Shown here one piece after another: positions 20,514 to 30,459 of a stretch of 64,000 bases of DNA. The stretch's first letter is position 1. The number at the start of each line of letters is the position of its first letter. The stretch lies in the IMG/VR virus record IMGVR_UViG_3300021254_000023, one strand, 5' to 3'. A model generated the notes under the pieces. The model ran no database searches. It saw only the letters and a list, made by a program, of their open reading frames with translations, and was not told the DNA's origin. Source of the stretch: an uncultured virus (IMG/VR IMGVR_UViG_3300021254_000023) (taxonomy: Duplodnaviria; Heunggongvirae; Uroviricota; Caudoviricetes). Both the position numbers and the translations under genes were made by a program.

Positions 20514-21362
20514 ATGTACAAATATTATAAATGTAAAGATTTTGATTGGTACGGAAGCGACCAATTTAAGGTAGGTGACGATCCAGGAGATAGAAACTTC
20601 GTACTAGTAATCGGAGAAGAAAAGAGAGATTACTGGATTAAGCTGCCTGGTGATAAAACTTTCCGGCGAGTAAAGACGGAAGGTGGAGGTATATACAGTA
20701 GTGGAGATAACACATCTTCGTACGGTCTTACCTGGGCTACTGAGAAGAAATTCCTAGAAAGAGATGGCATTGGTAGATACTTTAGGAAAGGTGATAAAGT
20801 CATGTTCCAGAATAGTATTTTCCATTTCGATTTCTTTGAACCAACAGACGAGTACGACTTAGAGAAGGCACCAAAGATAGACTTTCCACAGGATGTCTAT
20901 TGGGTGACTCGCCTTCTGAAGAAAAAAGATAACTCTGGATATTTAGTATTGTACGATCAAATGTACTATGATCCAGTAGATCCAGATCCCTTCACAGATC
21001 CTAAGTTATGGACACTAGATGGGGCAGTAGAGCTTGACCTGGCTTGTTCAAAGGTCACTAAGACCTATAAGGTTGAGAATTACAGCACCTGCAAGGACGG
21101 TGGTACTATAGTAGTTGACCTAGTGGACCCAGAGAATGGTAAAAAGACTGAACTACTCAGTCCCAACCGCCTAGGGAATTCAGCAGAAAACGGCACTGCC
21201 ACAGTAGATGGCGAGGAGATTTTCCTAAGAATTAGGATGGGAGATGAAGAGTACTTTCCTACTCTGAAAAAGATAGAGAAAGTGCTTGGAATTAAGTTTT
21301 ATAGTGAGGAAGAGTATTATGAACATGAACAATTGTCACGAAAGTACAGAACCGGAATATAA
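20514..21362 (+). CDS. Hypothetical protein
   Basis: Long ORF. Confidence 0.75.
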   Translation: MYKYYKCKDFDWYGSDQFKVGDDPGDRNFVLVIGEEKRDYWIKLPGDKTFRRVKTEGGGIYSSGDNTSSYGLTWATEKKFLERDGIGRYFRKGDKVMFQNSIFHFDFFEPTDEYDLEKAPKIDFPQDVYWVTRLLKKKDNSGYLVLYDQMYYDPVDPDPFTDPKLWTLDGAVELDLACSKVTKTYKVENYSTCKDGGTIVVDLVDPENGKKTELLSPNRLGNSAENGTATVDGEEIFLRIRMGDEEYFPTLKKIEKVLGIKFYSEEEYYEHEQLSRKYRTGI

Positions 21363-21702
21363 TCCGAGAAGTCCAGATCGCCAAATGGCTTATAGGACGA
21401 AGAGTATTCGTCTCTGGGGTGATCAGGTGGACAAAGAGCTAGCAGAACTTGAGAACGCTATTAGTGAAATCCTAAAAGAAAATCCTAGTTTGACTAGAGA
21501 GAATATTTCTCTTAGCACGGAAGCAGAGCCAGAGGAGTATGAGGATTGGTATAATGGAGTACTATCTCTTAGCTACTACACCCCTGAAACAGATGAAGAG
21601 TGGAAGTGGAGACTAGAGAATATGGATCACGAAGTTAAAGAGCTCCGTAGACTCATGGCTCTTCATCCAGAGGAGGTAGAAAAATTTAAAAGTAGGACGT
21701 AA
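21319..21702 (+). CDS. Hypothetical protein
   Basis: ORF with ETDEEW motif, overlaps upstream gene. Confidence 0.65.
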   Translation: MNMNNCHESTEPEYNPRSPDRQMAYRTKSIRLWGDQVDKELAELENAISEILKENPSLTRENISLSTEAEPEEYEDWYNGVLSLSYYTPETDEEWKWRLENMDHEVKELRRLMALHPEEVEKFKSRT

Positions 21703-21706
21703 AATC

Positions 21707-22249
21707 CTACTTCTTTTTTGTTTCTTTGTCTAAGATCTTTAACATCTTAGGGAGCCTATATTCACCGGCCATACTTTTAACCAAGGTAGCAACACCTTTT
21801 TGATCTCTCATTGCTTGTACATAGAGAGGTTTTTCACTAGTTCCTCTTATAACCAACTCTGAAATCTCATCCGTCCTACAGAAGTTTGTCTTTGCTACAC
21901 ACCAGATATTTAGGTCAGGGTGTAGTAGACCTTTCCCTCGAAGGTCATTCATTAAGTGTTCCCCGAGACCAGACCACTCTACTCCATAATCCCCCTTCAG
22001 CCTATAGAAACTGTCGAGGATAATAGTATCAAACTCGGCTAGGTTAATTTGGGCCAAGCAGTCTAGAATGCATGGAAGTTCTCTCTTATAGAATAGTCCT
22101 GGTTGATATGGCTCAAACTCCGTCGACCAGACTGTAACTATTCGGGAAGGGGCTTCGTCAGAGAAGTTATTGAAGATAACTCCTACTGTCCGAGCTTTTT
22201 CCTCCCCAAAGTAGTATGTATCGATGGCTATTTTATACATAACCTTCAA
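21707..22249 (-). CDS. nfi: Endonuclease V-like protein
   Basis: AIDTYY, PYQPGLFYKRELPC, IILDS, GLGEHL, VAKT, RGTSEKPLYV, YRLP. Confidence 0.85.
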   Translation of the reverse strand: MKVMYKIAIDTYYFGEEKARTVGVIFNNFSDEAPSRIVTVWSTEFEPYQPGLFYKRELPCILDCLAQINLAEFDTIILDSFYRLKGDYGVEWSGLGEHLMNDLRGKGLLHPDLNIWCVAKTNFCRTDEISELVIRGTSEKPLYVQAMRDQKGVATLVKSMAGEYRLPKMLKILDKETKKK

Positions 22250-22586
22250 TTACCTTCGCCTCAGTCAGGTCATATTCCTTTCCTTCGTAGGTAACTGATT
22301 TCTGGTCTTCGTCGATCTCAATGATGTCCATGATTGTCATGTAAGCAATTCCACCACAATCATCTTCGTCGTCCCAATCGTCTCCCTCCGAGTAGTCGTC
22401 ATCCCAATCATCCTCATCAGAATCATAGTCACACTCGTCATCGTCCCAGTCTACGGGATCTGCCTGGAAGTGATCAGGAAACTCATCTCTTACAAAATAG
22501 CCAAACTCAGTATCGTCTGGCTCATGATCACACTTAAAGACATAAATGTCTCGTGTTTTGTCACTTTCTGCGATTACTGCGTACAT
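22233..22586 (-). CDS. Highly acidic small protein
   Basis: D/E-rich tract with DWDDD repeats. Confidence 0.7.
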   Translation of the reverse strand: MYAVIAESDKTRDIYVFKCDHEPDDTEFGYFVRDEFPDHFQADPVDWDDDECDYDSDEDDWDDDYSEGDDWDDEDDCGGIAYMTIMDIIEIDEDQKSVTYEGKEYDLTEAKVIEGYV

Positions 22587-22592
22587 TGTTGT

Positions 22593-23390
22593 TTAATTAT
22601 TTAAGTTTATTATCGAAGCGGACTCTGTATTAACAGAACCAGTGCCCATCAAGTCAATTAACTTAAGATCACCAATCTCAGGAACTTCATAATAGTCCTC
22701 CTCAGTTTCAGAGATCATTATATTAATAGCTTGTTCGCCCTTCGTATCATAGAGCATAAGTCGCCAATTTTCTTTGTAGTCATGGCTAAGCTTAAGCTGA
22801 CCAATCCTGAACAAGAATAATCTCCCAGTATCGTTGTAGGTATCGGGATCCTCTTCATCTCGAACAGTTTCACGAATGGCTGCTACTATATTCTTGCCAT
22901 ACTGCAAGAGCTGTCTTTGGTCTTTACCAGAGCTCTCGCTGATAGCTTTAATAGCACCAAATGGGAGAGTCTTAGTTTCATCCCAGAGAGAGTCAACTCT
23001 TCCGAAGAACTTCTCTTCCTCAACAACGGCACAGTGTAAAGAATACGGCATAAACCTGTTCATTGTATTCTGAATACCCTGTCCCATGATATCAAAAGTA
23101 AATCCTTCAGGGATAATAATCTCTTCAATCTCCGTCTTATCCTCTTTTCCTTCCTCATTCTCGCTAAGGTAGTACTTGATGGTGTAAGTCATTGTGGCGG
23201 GATTATAATCATAGATATCTATGATGTGAGCCGTAGCAAAGGAGTTCATCCAAGTACCATCCTCCTTTTTTGTGTAGTGGATTCGAATAACTTCTCCTCC
23301 AATGTACTTAAGGAGATCTCCTCCTGTTGGCAACCACTTAGTGTCACCGCTGTTGTAGGAATACTGTTTTTTAAATTGTTCTACTTTCAT
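22593..23390 (-). CDS. Hypothetical protein
   Basis: 265-aa ORF. Confidence 0.75.
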   Translation of the reverse strand: MKVEQFKKQYSYNSGDTKWLPTGGDLLKYIGGEVIRIHYTKKEDGTWMNSFATAHIIDIYDYNPATMTYTIKYYLSENEEGKEDKTEIEEIIIPEGFTFDIMGQGIQNTMNRFMPYSLHCAVVEEEKFFGRVDSLWDETKTLPFGAIKAISESSGKDQRQLLQYGKNIVAAIRETVRDEEDPDTYNDTGRLFLFRIGQLKLSHDYKENWRLMLYDTKGEQAINIMISETEEDYYEVPEIGDLKLIDLMGTGSVNTESASIINLNN

Positions 23391-23767
23391 ATTAAACCTC
23401 GTTTACTAAGTTGTACTTCAACCTGTTCCCAATCAATGTAAGGTTTCTCTGACAGATCTGGATTATACGTCAGAGGCGCTCCAAGTGCTGCATCGTCTAT
23501 ATAAAGATTTGCATACACTTTTCTGGATTGTGTCCACCTAAACTGAGTTGGGTTGTTATTAATCGCATACAAAGGAATTTCATTCAGCTCAAACCACTTT
23601 TTGGCTGCTTCCTCGGTAGGTCCTGATCTCATTGTATGAAGGATAAGTTTATGTCCTTTCTCAACGAGTCGCTTAAGAATAGGAACGGCTCCTATGTCTT
23701 GTCCTATTCTAGGATACTCATGCGTTACACAAGTACCGTCAAAATCAATTGCTATAAACATATTCAC
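23387..23767 (-). CDS. HAD-superfamily (BT0820-like) phosphatase
   Basis: IAIDFDGT, ILHTMR, RKVYANLYIDD. Confidence 0.85.
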   Translation of the reverse strand: MNMFIAIDFDGTCVTHEYPRIGQDIGAVPILKRLVEKGHKLILHTMRSGPTEEAAKKWFELNEIPLYAINNNPTQFRWTQSRKVYANLYIDDAALGAPLTYNPDLSEKPYIDWEQVEVQLSKRGLI

Positions 23768-24027
23768 CTATAAGGATGAGAAGGGCCAAAAAACGCAAAA
23801 CCCCTGAAAATCTTAAGTATGATATGAACAGAGTTTTTTGTATAAATGAAATTGTTAATGGAATTTTATACAGGACTCGAGAGAATAAGATAGGAAAAGC
23901 TTTTGTAGTTTAATAATGTACAAAACACGAAATACAATTTCGGAAACTGATCCAAACTCAGTCAAGAGCACGACGAACCTCAACCACAGTGAGGCTAAGT
24001 CATCTAACAACATTAATGTTTTATAAG

Positions 24028-25083
24028 ATGAACAAATTTCTGATCTACACCTCGAACCCGAAGATCATGCCTAAGTCAATGGCTGATATCGTGGAGTTTG
24101 CTAAGAATGAGCCTAAGTTTCGCATCGCGAATGTAGAGCTGAACACTCACCTGGCAAACGTTAAGGCTGGTGACCACATTGTGACCACCAAGGGTAACAA
24201 CCTGTATGTCATCAAGGCATACCAGGATTCTCTCGAGAACCTTTCAGAAGAAGAGCGTACGTACATTGACACGCTTACGCGTGAGTACGCCATGAAGAAG
24301 GTCAATATCACTGGTGTATCGAATGTTATCAAGTTCGAGAACTGGTGCAAAAGTGCTAAACCATTAATCAAGACAACAGAAAAAGAAGACAAGATGAACA
24401 AGACGAATTCTATCAAGGGCTATGCTGCCCGCATCAAGGAGATGTTCATGCCTACTGAGGCTAAGGACATCCGCGTAGCAACCGACGGTAACCTGTGTGT
24501 TGCCACCAGTAATGGTTATGTGGCTATTGACGCCGCCAACAACCTGCTCTCGTATCCCGAGGAGTTCACTATCGACCTGCCTGTGTATATTATCAGCAAG
24601 CCGAAGGAGCAGCTCAAGCCCGGTGATGTGATCGCACTGGATCGCAGCTACGCCAAGGTCGTTAAGATCGAGGGTGATAAGATCTCTGGTATCAGTTACA
24701 CTGGTTCTGGCAAGACTATCCACCTGATCAAGGACGTTCTGTTCAACCAGGCTATGGTCCGCGTGGCTGTATCTCTCACCGGCTCTATCGGTGGTCAGAT
24801 CAACCCCATGCTGCTGATGGCCTTGAATGACGACGACAAGAAGGATTCGCTCCTGCCTCTGCTCCTCATGAACCAGCAGGGTGGCGCTGTCGGCATGAAC
24901 CCCATGCTGATGCTCGCTCTGGCAGGTAAGGAGGACGGCAAGTCTTCTCTTAAGGACCTGCTGATGATGTCTGCACTGACTGGCAATAACCTCTTCGGAG
25001 GCGCCGCATTCGGTGTTCAGGCACCTGCACAGGTTGTAACAGAGGCTCCTGCCGAAACCAACGAGGCTCCGGCTGCCGAGTAA
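24028..25083 (+). CDS. Conserved phage protein, strongly codon-biased
   Basis: NPMLLMAL repeats at C-terminus; C-ending codon bias; start uncertain. Confidence 0.75.
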   Translation: MNKFLIYTSNPKIMPKSMADIVEFAKNEPKFRIANVELNTHLANVKAGDHIVTTKGNNLYVIKAYQDSLENLSEEERTYIDTLTREYAMKKVNITGVSNVIKFENWCKSAKPLIKTTEKEDKMNKTNSIKGYAARIKEMFMPTEAKDIRVATDGNLCVATSNGYVAIDAANNLLSYPEEFTIDLPVYIISKPKEQLKPGDVIALDRSYAKVVKIEGDKISGISYTGSGKTIHLIKDVLFNQAMVRVAVSLTGSIGGQINPMLLMALNDDDKKDSLLPLLLMNQQGGAVGMNPMLMLALAGKEDGKSSLKDLLMMSALTGNNLFGGAAFGVQAPAQVVTEAPAETNEAPAAE

Positions 25084-25153
25084 AAACTGAACGAGGGTAC
25101 TCTTACTGTGGTTAAGGGTACTCTTTTACTTTTAAAATAAAACCAAACTATAT

Positions 25154-25942
25154 ATGGACAATACGTTTAGTTTTCTAAATCTTTGTAGTATTTATAAGAC
25201 AGAGGGATACGCCAACTATGAATTGGGTACTTATCCCTGTTTCGCAAGAACTCTCAATAGGTGGGGAAACCATAGAGTTGACAACGTTCGGCAGGTACAC
25301 TATGAAATCTACCTGATGAAGGGTTTAGATGCAATTAAAACTAAGAGGAATAATGCATGTCTCCTGAACAAGAAGGAGATTGAGGGTTGGCTCAAAATAG
25401 CTAAAACTTACCATCCGTTTAAGTATAAACTGGAAAACAGTTCGTATAAACTGGAAGGTAAAGAATGCGAAGCTTGGAAACTACATATCGATATGGTGGG
25501 TAATTATACTCAACATAAATGGATCTTGACATCTCTACGTGGATTCTATGAGTATCCATTCAATATGTGGTTTATCGATGCACATCGCCTAAGAGCAACG
25601 GATCCTCAAAAATTCCGTGGGGAGTCTATTCTCAATATTATGGAGACTATTATTTCATCGTTCCCCAACAGCTATCAGTCAGATCAGTCGTTGTTACTAC
25701 CTAACCGTCAATTCCATAGTAAAAACTATGTGAAAAAGAAGATTGGAGAAGGTATTCAATATATCACAAAAATTTACGACGAAAAGACAACGGGGGATTT
25801 TAAGCGAATCGCTGAACCCGGAGCTAGTTGCCTACTCTCCTTTGATTGGTGGATGAATGAGAAGTCCTTTGCAGAGCGAGCAAAGATTTATCATGAGAAT
25901 TATGATAAAATTAAAGAACAAACGAAGCCAGAAGTAGTATGA
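25154..25942 (+). CDS. Hypothetical protein (first gene of amidoligase cluster)
   Basis: 262-aa ORF; ATGA overlap with next gene. Confidence 0.75.
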   Translation: MDNTFSFLNLCSIYKTEGYANYELGTYPCFARTLNRWGNHRVDNVRQVHYEIYLMKGLDAIKTKRNNACLLNKKEIEGWLKIAKTYHPFKYKLENSSYKLEGKECEAWKLHIDMVGNYTQHKWILTSLRGFYEYPFNMWFIDAHRLRATDPQKFRGESILNIMETIISSFPNSYQSDQSLLLPNRQFHSKNYVKKKIGEGIQYITKIYDEKTTGDFKRIAEPGASCLLSFDWWMNEKSFAERAKIYHENYDKIKEQTKPEVV

Positions 25943-26559
25943 AAGTATTTGTAGTAGGACCTAGTATTGGGTATTCAAGATTTATTGAAGACCTAGAACT
26001 GGTCGATGACATGAAGGACGCACAGGTAGTCCTTTTCACTGGAGGCGAAGATATCAATCCAGAATTGTATGGATGTAAAAAGCATCAGTCTACTTGGTTT
26101 AATGCCAAGCGTGATCAATTCGAGGTTGAATCATTCAAGAAAGTCGCCTTAGACCAACTTTGCGTGGGTATATGCCGTGGATTTCAATTATTCTCAGCCA
26201 TGTATGGCGGGAAATTAGCTCAAAACGTATCAGGTCACTGGTGCGGACGGAGTCACAGCATAACCAACGGGAAGATAACTTATGAGATTACATCTCTTCA
26301 TCATCAGATGGTATATCCATTTAACCTGGATCAGAAGGATTTTGAGATTCTCTACTGGGCTGAAGGAATAAGCCACTGCTATGAGGGAGATGGAATTGAT
26401 CCTAAGTTTTATAGTATGTTTGGTGAACCTGAGATAGGTCTCTTCCATAGGGAAGGGTTGCCAACATGTCTCGGTGTACAAGGTCATCCTGAGATGATGG
26501 CAGGTTCACCAGTTGCAAAGATGATTAATGATTTAATTCGTCAAAATATAAAGAGATGA
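25939..26559 (+). CDS. Class I glutamine amidotransferase (peptidase C26-like)
   Basis: FTGGEDI, GICRGFQ, SLHHQ, GVQGHPE. Confidence 0.9.
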   Translation: MKVFVVGPSIGYSRFIEDLELVDDMKDAQVVLFTGGEDINPELYGCKKHQSTWFNAKRDQFEVESFKKVALDQLCVGICRGFQLFSAMYGGKLAQNVSGHWCGRSHSITNGKITYEITSLHHQMVYPFNLDQKDFEILYWAEGISHCYEGDGIDPKFYSMFGEPEIGLFHREGLPTCLGVQGHPEMMAGSPVAKMINDLIRQNIKR

Positions 26560-27149
26560 CTATAAGAGATATAACAATTGGAGCAGATCCCGAACTGTTT
26601 ATCATAAACAAGAAAACGGGAAAAGTCGTATCATCCATAGGATTAATTCCCGGTGAAAAGGGAAATCCTTGGGTAGGTGAAGACATGCCTACAGGATTTG
26701 GCTTGGAGATTGATAATATCTTGGCAGAATTCAATATACCTCCTGCTGTAGATGGACTTAGTTTCGTCAACAACGTCGAGTATATGAAGAAGTATATTGA
26801 AAGATTTGTAAGTGAAAAGAATCCAGACCTTGGAATTCTTTGCGCCGCAAGTCAATCAGTGCCATCAGATCAACTTCAGTCAGATGAGGCAAAACAGTTC
26901 GGCTGTAGCGTCGACTACAATGCCTATACTGGTGGTCCTAACCCTAAGCCAAAGGGTGAGACAACGAATCTCCGCTCGGCCGGATTCCACATTCACATAG
27001 GTTATAAAAACTATAATGCAGATACCTCTATCCAGTTGGTCAAATATCTGGATCAGTATCTCGGAATCCCATCGATTATTCGAGACCAGGACAAAAAGAG
27101 AAGATCTCTATACGGTAAAGCCGGTTGTTTCCGGTTAACCGGTTATGGT
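26556..27149 (+). CDS. phiEco32-like COOH.NH2 ligase type 2, exon 1
   Basis: IGADPELF, DNILAEFN, FGCSVD, RSAGFHIHIG, RRSLYGKAGCFR..YG; continues after intron. Confidence 0.9.
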
Positions 27150-27421
27150 TGACTTAAAATAAAAACACCATAGATTGAGTTCAGAAAACTAAACACAAAT
27201 AACAGTTGGACTTAATCTATGTCGATGCATGTACATAAGTACAGTTTAGCCTGTGCTATCAGAAATGGTAGTAATCAAGAATCCCCCAAAGTCGGTGAAC
27301 CAGCATCAGGAATACCGAGCCAAGCTGCTAACTCAGCAGAAGGTGTAACGACTTGACGAGGGACCCTCAGCACGTAAAGGTGGAGGTGAAGGTAAAGTCT
27401 ATCTAGGAGTGAACCTAGATG
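27150..27421 (+). ncRNA. Group I intron, ORF-less, 272 nt
   Basis: Exon ends in U, intron ends in G; splicing restores YG|VEYRVLS; P1 GGU|UGA:UUAGCC with U.G; GTCGGTGAA..AATACCGAGCCAAG core; P7 GACTT 27350/AAGTC 27395; terminal ATCTAGG/CCTAGAT hairpin. Confidence 0.9.
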
Positions 27422-27616
27422 GTTGAATATAGAGTTCTCTCAAGCGCCCTCATGAAAGATGAGGAGAGCCTGGATTTCGTATGGCAGAAAACAATGCGCG
27501 CCATTCAAATGCATAATGAAGGTGCAGGTCTTTTGCCAGGTGAAGTCGTGCAAGATATTATTAACAATACGAAAGTTAAGACCGCTGAACAGGTCATTGC
27601 CGACTACAATCTCTAG
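27422..27616 (+). CDS. COOH.NH2 ligase type 2, exon 2 (spliced product 262 aa)
   Basis: Begins VEYRVLSS, the expected continuation of the family motif YGVEYR. Confidence 0.9.
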   Translation, partial: VEYRVLSSALMKDEESLDFVWQKTMRAIQMHNEGAGLLPGEVVQDIINNTKVKTAEQVIADYNL

Positions 27617-27721
27617 AGATATACCCGCTGCGAGGAGAGTTTCTGCACTTAATTGTGTGGGCTCTCATTCAGCGGTGATAAAGAAATAAATCATTAAATT
27701 AATAAAAAAAATTAGCAGCGG

Positions 27722-29203
27722 ATGTGTGGAATATTTTCGATAATTAACTCGAAACCACGTAAATTTGACTATACGACCTTCTGCGTATTAGGAGTTAACA
27801 ATGACTCTCGCGGAGGTGATAGTTGTGGAGTATTCATTGACGGACTTTGGGAAGTTGGAGTAGATAAGAAAAAAGAATTCCGAGACTTTTTTAAAGAAAG
27901 TTCTGTCTTGAATCGTATAAAAGGTAAGAATGTAAGTATTGCCCTTGGACATTGCCGAAAGGCATCTGTCGGTGGCATATCAGATAAGACGGCTCAGCCG
28001 GTTGTCTTAACAGATAAAGCTGGAAATGCTAAATTCGTAATGATTCATAATGGTACTATTCATAATTATGAAGAGCTAGCCAAAAAGTACATTCCGAAGG
28101 TAGACATTAAAGGCTTAACTGATTCTCAGGTTATGGCCAGAATATTCTATTACAAAGGATATGATTGTCTGGCTGAATATAACGGTGGATCAGTATTTCT
28201 GATCGTAGATTATAGACAACCAGAGCCAAAAATCCTCATTTTCAGAGGAGCTAGTAAGAAGTATTCAACTTCTACAACAATTGAGGAAGAAAGACCATTC
28301 TATTTCATTCAGAACAAGAATGAGTTTGTCTGCTCATCAATCGACAAGTACCTAGAGGTATTACGTCCAGACGACGAAGTATTTACCGTTGAGGATAATG
28401 TACTAATTCAAGTACTTCCAGGCGATATTGTAAATATTAAGTCTTATGATCGAAGCAATTGCCAGCAAAGCAAAGTTTATGCAAGCAGTAGCAGTTCTTC
28501 TTCTTATGGAACTGTTTGGCAAGGCAATCAAGGCGGTAGTACGTATGGTGGTACCTACTATCAGGGTGGTGGATATCGTGGTAATGTTGGTGTTGGACAC
28601 ACAACTCCAGCGGTAGGTTCAGAAACTAGTAAAGGAGGCACGTCAACGGGGAGCTCTATTGACAGAGTTACTTCAGTTGGGCCCAAGTTTCTCAGACCAG
28701 ACAAAAAAACCAACATCTACTTCACAGACAAAGCCAAGACAATCCCCGCCCACGGGCAGCTCTCAATCAACGACTTCGGCCGGATGTACACAGGAGAAGC
28801 TTCCAAAGAGGAATCCTCACATACGGTCAAAGAAATCTGGTTTTTTAATGGGGTTGCTCTCCTGGATGTTGAGTACTTTAGATTCCTCGAGTTCGCATTA
28901 AAGAAATCAAAGATGGATAAGGACGAGTTTATGAAAAAGTACCAGAATCTGATTAGATTCGTGAGTCTTGATAAGCTCTACCCCGCGAACGGATCATTCC
29001 ATCTTGCGACAGGTTTCTCTTCTCATAGACCATTCACTGGTGAATTCCAGATGATAGGCGATTCGTTCGTTAGTGAGTTTAAGGACGGTCAAACTTCATG
29101 TTATCGAAACATAAAGAATTATGACCATCCACTAGACCTCTTAGGAACCAAAGGAATAAGTGTAACCAAACTCTATAAACGATGCAAGTCATTGATGAAG
29201 TAA
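27722..29203 (+). CDS. Class II (Ntn) glutamine amidotransferase
   Basis: N-terminal MCGI, RGGDSCG, GHCRKAS, HNGTI, DSQ. Confidence 0.9.
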   Translation: MCGIFSIINSKPRKFDYTTFCVLGVNNDSRGGDSCGVFIDGLWEVGVDKKKEFRDFFKESSVLNRIKGKNVSIALGHCRKASVGGISDKTAQPVVLTDKAGNAKFVMIHNGTIHNYEELAKKYIPKVDIKGLTDSQVMARIFYYKGYDCLAEYNGGSVFLIVDYRQPEPKILIFRGASKKYSTSTTIEEERPFYFIQNKNEFVCSSIDKYLEVLRPDDEVFTVEDNVLIQVLPGDIVNIKSYDRSNCQQSKVYASSSSSSSYGTVWQGNQGGSTYGGTYYQGGGYRGNVGVGHTTPAVGSETSKGGTSTGSSIDRVTSVGPKFLRPDKKTNIYFTDKAKTIPAHGQLSINDFGRMYTGEASKEESSHTVKEIWFFNGVALLDVEYFRFLEFALKKSKMDKDEFMKKYQNLIRFVSLDKLYPANGSFHLATGFSSHRPFTGEFQMIGDSFVSEFKDGQTSCYRNIKNYDHPLDLLGTKGISVTKLYKRCKSLMK

Positions 29204-30441
29204 CAAGAAATGAAGTCAACTCCAAGAACTGCAAACGAATAATCGTTGGCTGGGAGAAAGAAGGAGGTTGGATAGAAGGATATACCTCTCATGTAGATAA
29301 GTGTATTTCAGCATGTATTCGATATAAAGATGGAAGAACCGAGGAACGTCTAATTTTAGGTGATTCTGAGGCTGGTAAGAATGTATTCTTCAGTAATCTC
29401 AATGGATACTACATGTGTCGGTTGGGAATGGATAACGAAACCTACATAAGAGAGAGATATACTAGAGGTCATGGTGGATTTCCGTATCACTTTGAAAGAA
29501 GATACGAAGCCGTGGAGAATTTCAGTCTTTTTAATCGAAAACAAAAGGTTATTGAGACAAAGAAGACGAAATATCCTATCTCTAAACACTTGAAGTATAC
29601 ATTCGGTCTAGAGTTTGAGACCAGCGAAGGTTATATTCCAGAGGATCTCTGTTTTAGAGACGGATTGATTCCTCTTAGGGATGGTTCTATTAGTGGCCTT
29701 GAATACTCGACGGTCGTTCTAGAAGGGAATAAGGGTATATCTCTGCTTCATCAAAGTCTTCATGACTTGAGAAAGTTTACTGGTTTTAACAAGGAATGTT
29801 CTTTACATATTCATATGGGAGGATATCCACTTGAACCAGATAAGATATATGCCCTCTACGTGACGTGTTTTCGCCTCCAATCAGCCCTTCAGAATATCTT
29901 ACCTGCTCTCACATTTCGCACAAGCAAATACAAAGCGAGTGGAAAAGACTATTGCAACTTAATGCCAGCGTTCTATAGCTTTGATGAATTATTTCAAGGA
30001 CTAGTAGGACGTAGGTATATGGGATCGTTGGTACAGCCACACCCCAATGATCTAGAAAGAAAAAGAAAGTGGCAAATAACTACACGCTATTACTGGTTGA
30101 ACTTGATCAACATGATCTGTTATGACATTAACAAAACGGTTGAATTCAGGTTCCTTAGACCTACTTACAATTTTAGAAAGATAGTGACGTGGATCTATAT
30201 ATTCAATGGTATCCTTAAGTTCTGTGAGGAAAATTGGAGATTTATAAGTCACGACTTAAGCAAGCCTCTGTCTCTAGTAGATGTCATGAGGCGAGCATAT
30301 CCAAGAGAAGTTGCTGATAAGATTGAAGGCGAGATTGTAAAGTTGTCTATTCTCGTACAGAATCAGCACAAAAATGGTGATAATATTGGCCAGGATATTT
30401 CCTTTGAGGAAGAGTTGTTCCCTGAGGATATCCTACTATAG
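29182..30441 (+). CDS. Putative amidoligase
   Basis: FGLEFET, RDGSI..LEY, CSLHIHMG, RYYWLN, TVEFR. Confidence 0.85.
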   Translation: MQVIDEVTRNEVNSKNCKRIIVGWEKEGGWIEGYTSHVDKCISACIRYKDGRTEERLILGDSEAGKNVFFSNLNGYYMCRLGMDNETYIRERYTRGHGGFPYHFERRYEAVENFSLFNRKQKVIETKKTKYPISKHLKYTFGLEFETSEGYIPEDLCFRDGLIPLRDGSISGLEYSTVVLEGNKGISLLHQSLHDLRKFTGFNKECSLHIHMGGYPLEPDKIYALYVTCFRLQSALQNILPALTFRTSKYKASGKDYCNLMPAFYSFDELFQGLVGRRYMGSLVQPHPNDLERKRKWQITTRYYWLNLINMICYDINKTVEFRFLRPTYNFRKIVTWIYIFNGILKFCEENWRFISHDLSKPLSLVDVMRRAYPREVADKIEGEIVKLSILVQNQHKNGDNIGQDISFEEELFPEDILL

Positions 30442-30459
30442 AAAAGAAAAAGAAACGGT

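Noticed and set aside
23930..24005. Hammerhead-like ribozyme upstream of the codon-biased gene
   Set aside because: Only a small CCTCA/TGAGG hairpin; the CUGANGA/GAAA core is not properly present
27150..27421. Pseudogene or readthrough explanation for the split ligase
   Set aside because: The intervening sequence has a complete group I core and precise removal restores the conserved motif
27620..27720. glmS ribozyme upstream of the class II amidotransferase
   Set aside because: Single hairpin only; no recognisable glmS core, and the protein lacks GlmS SIS domains
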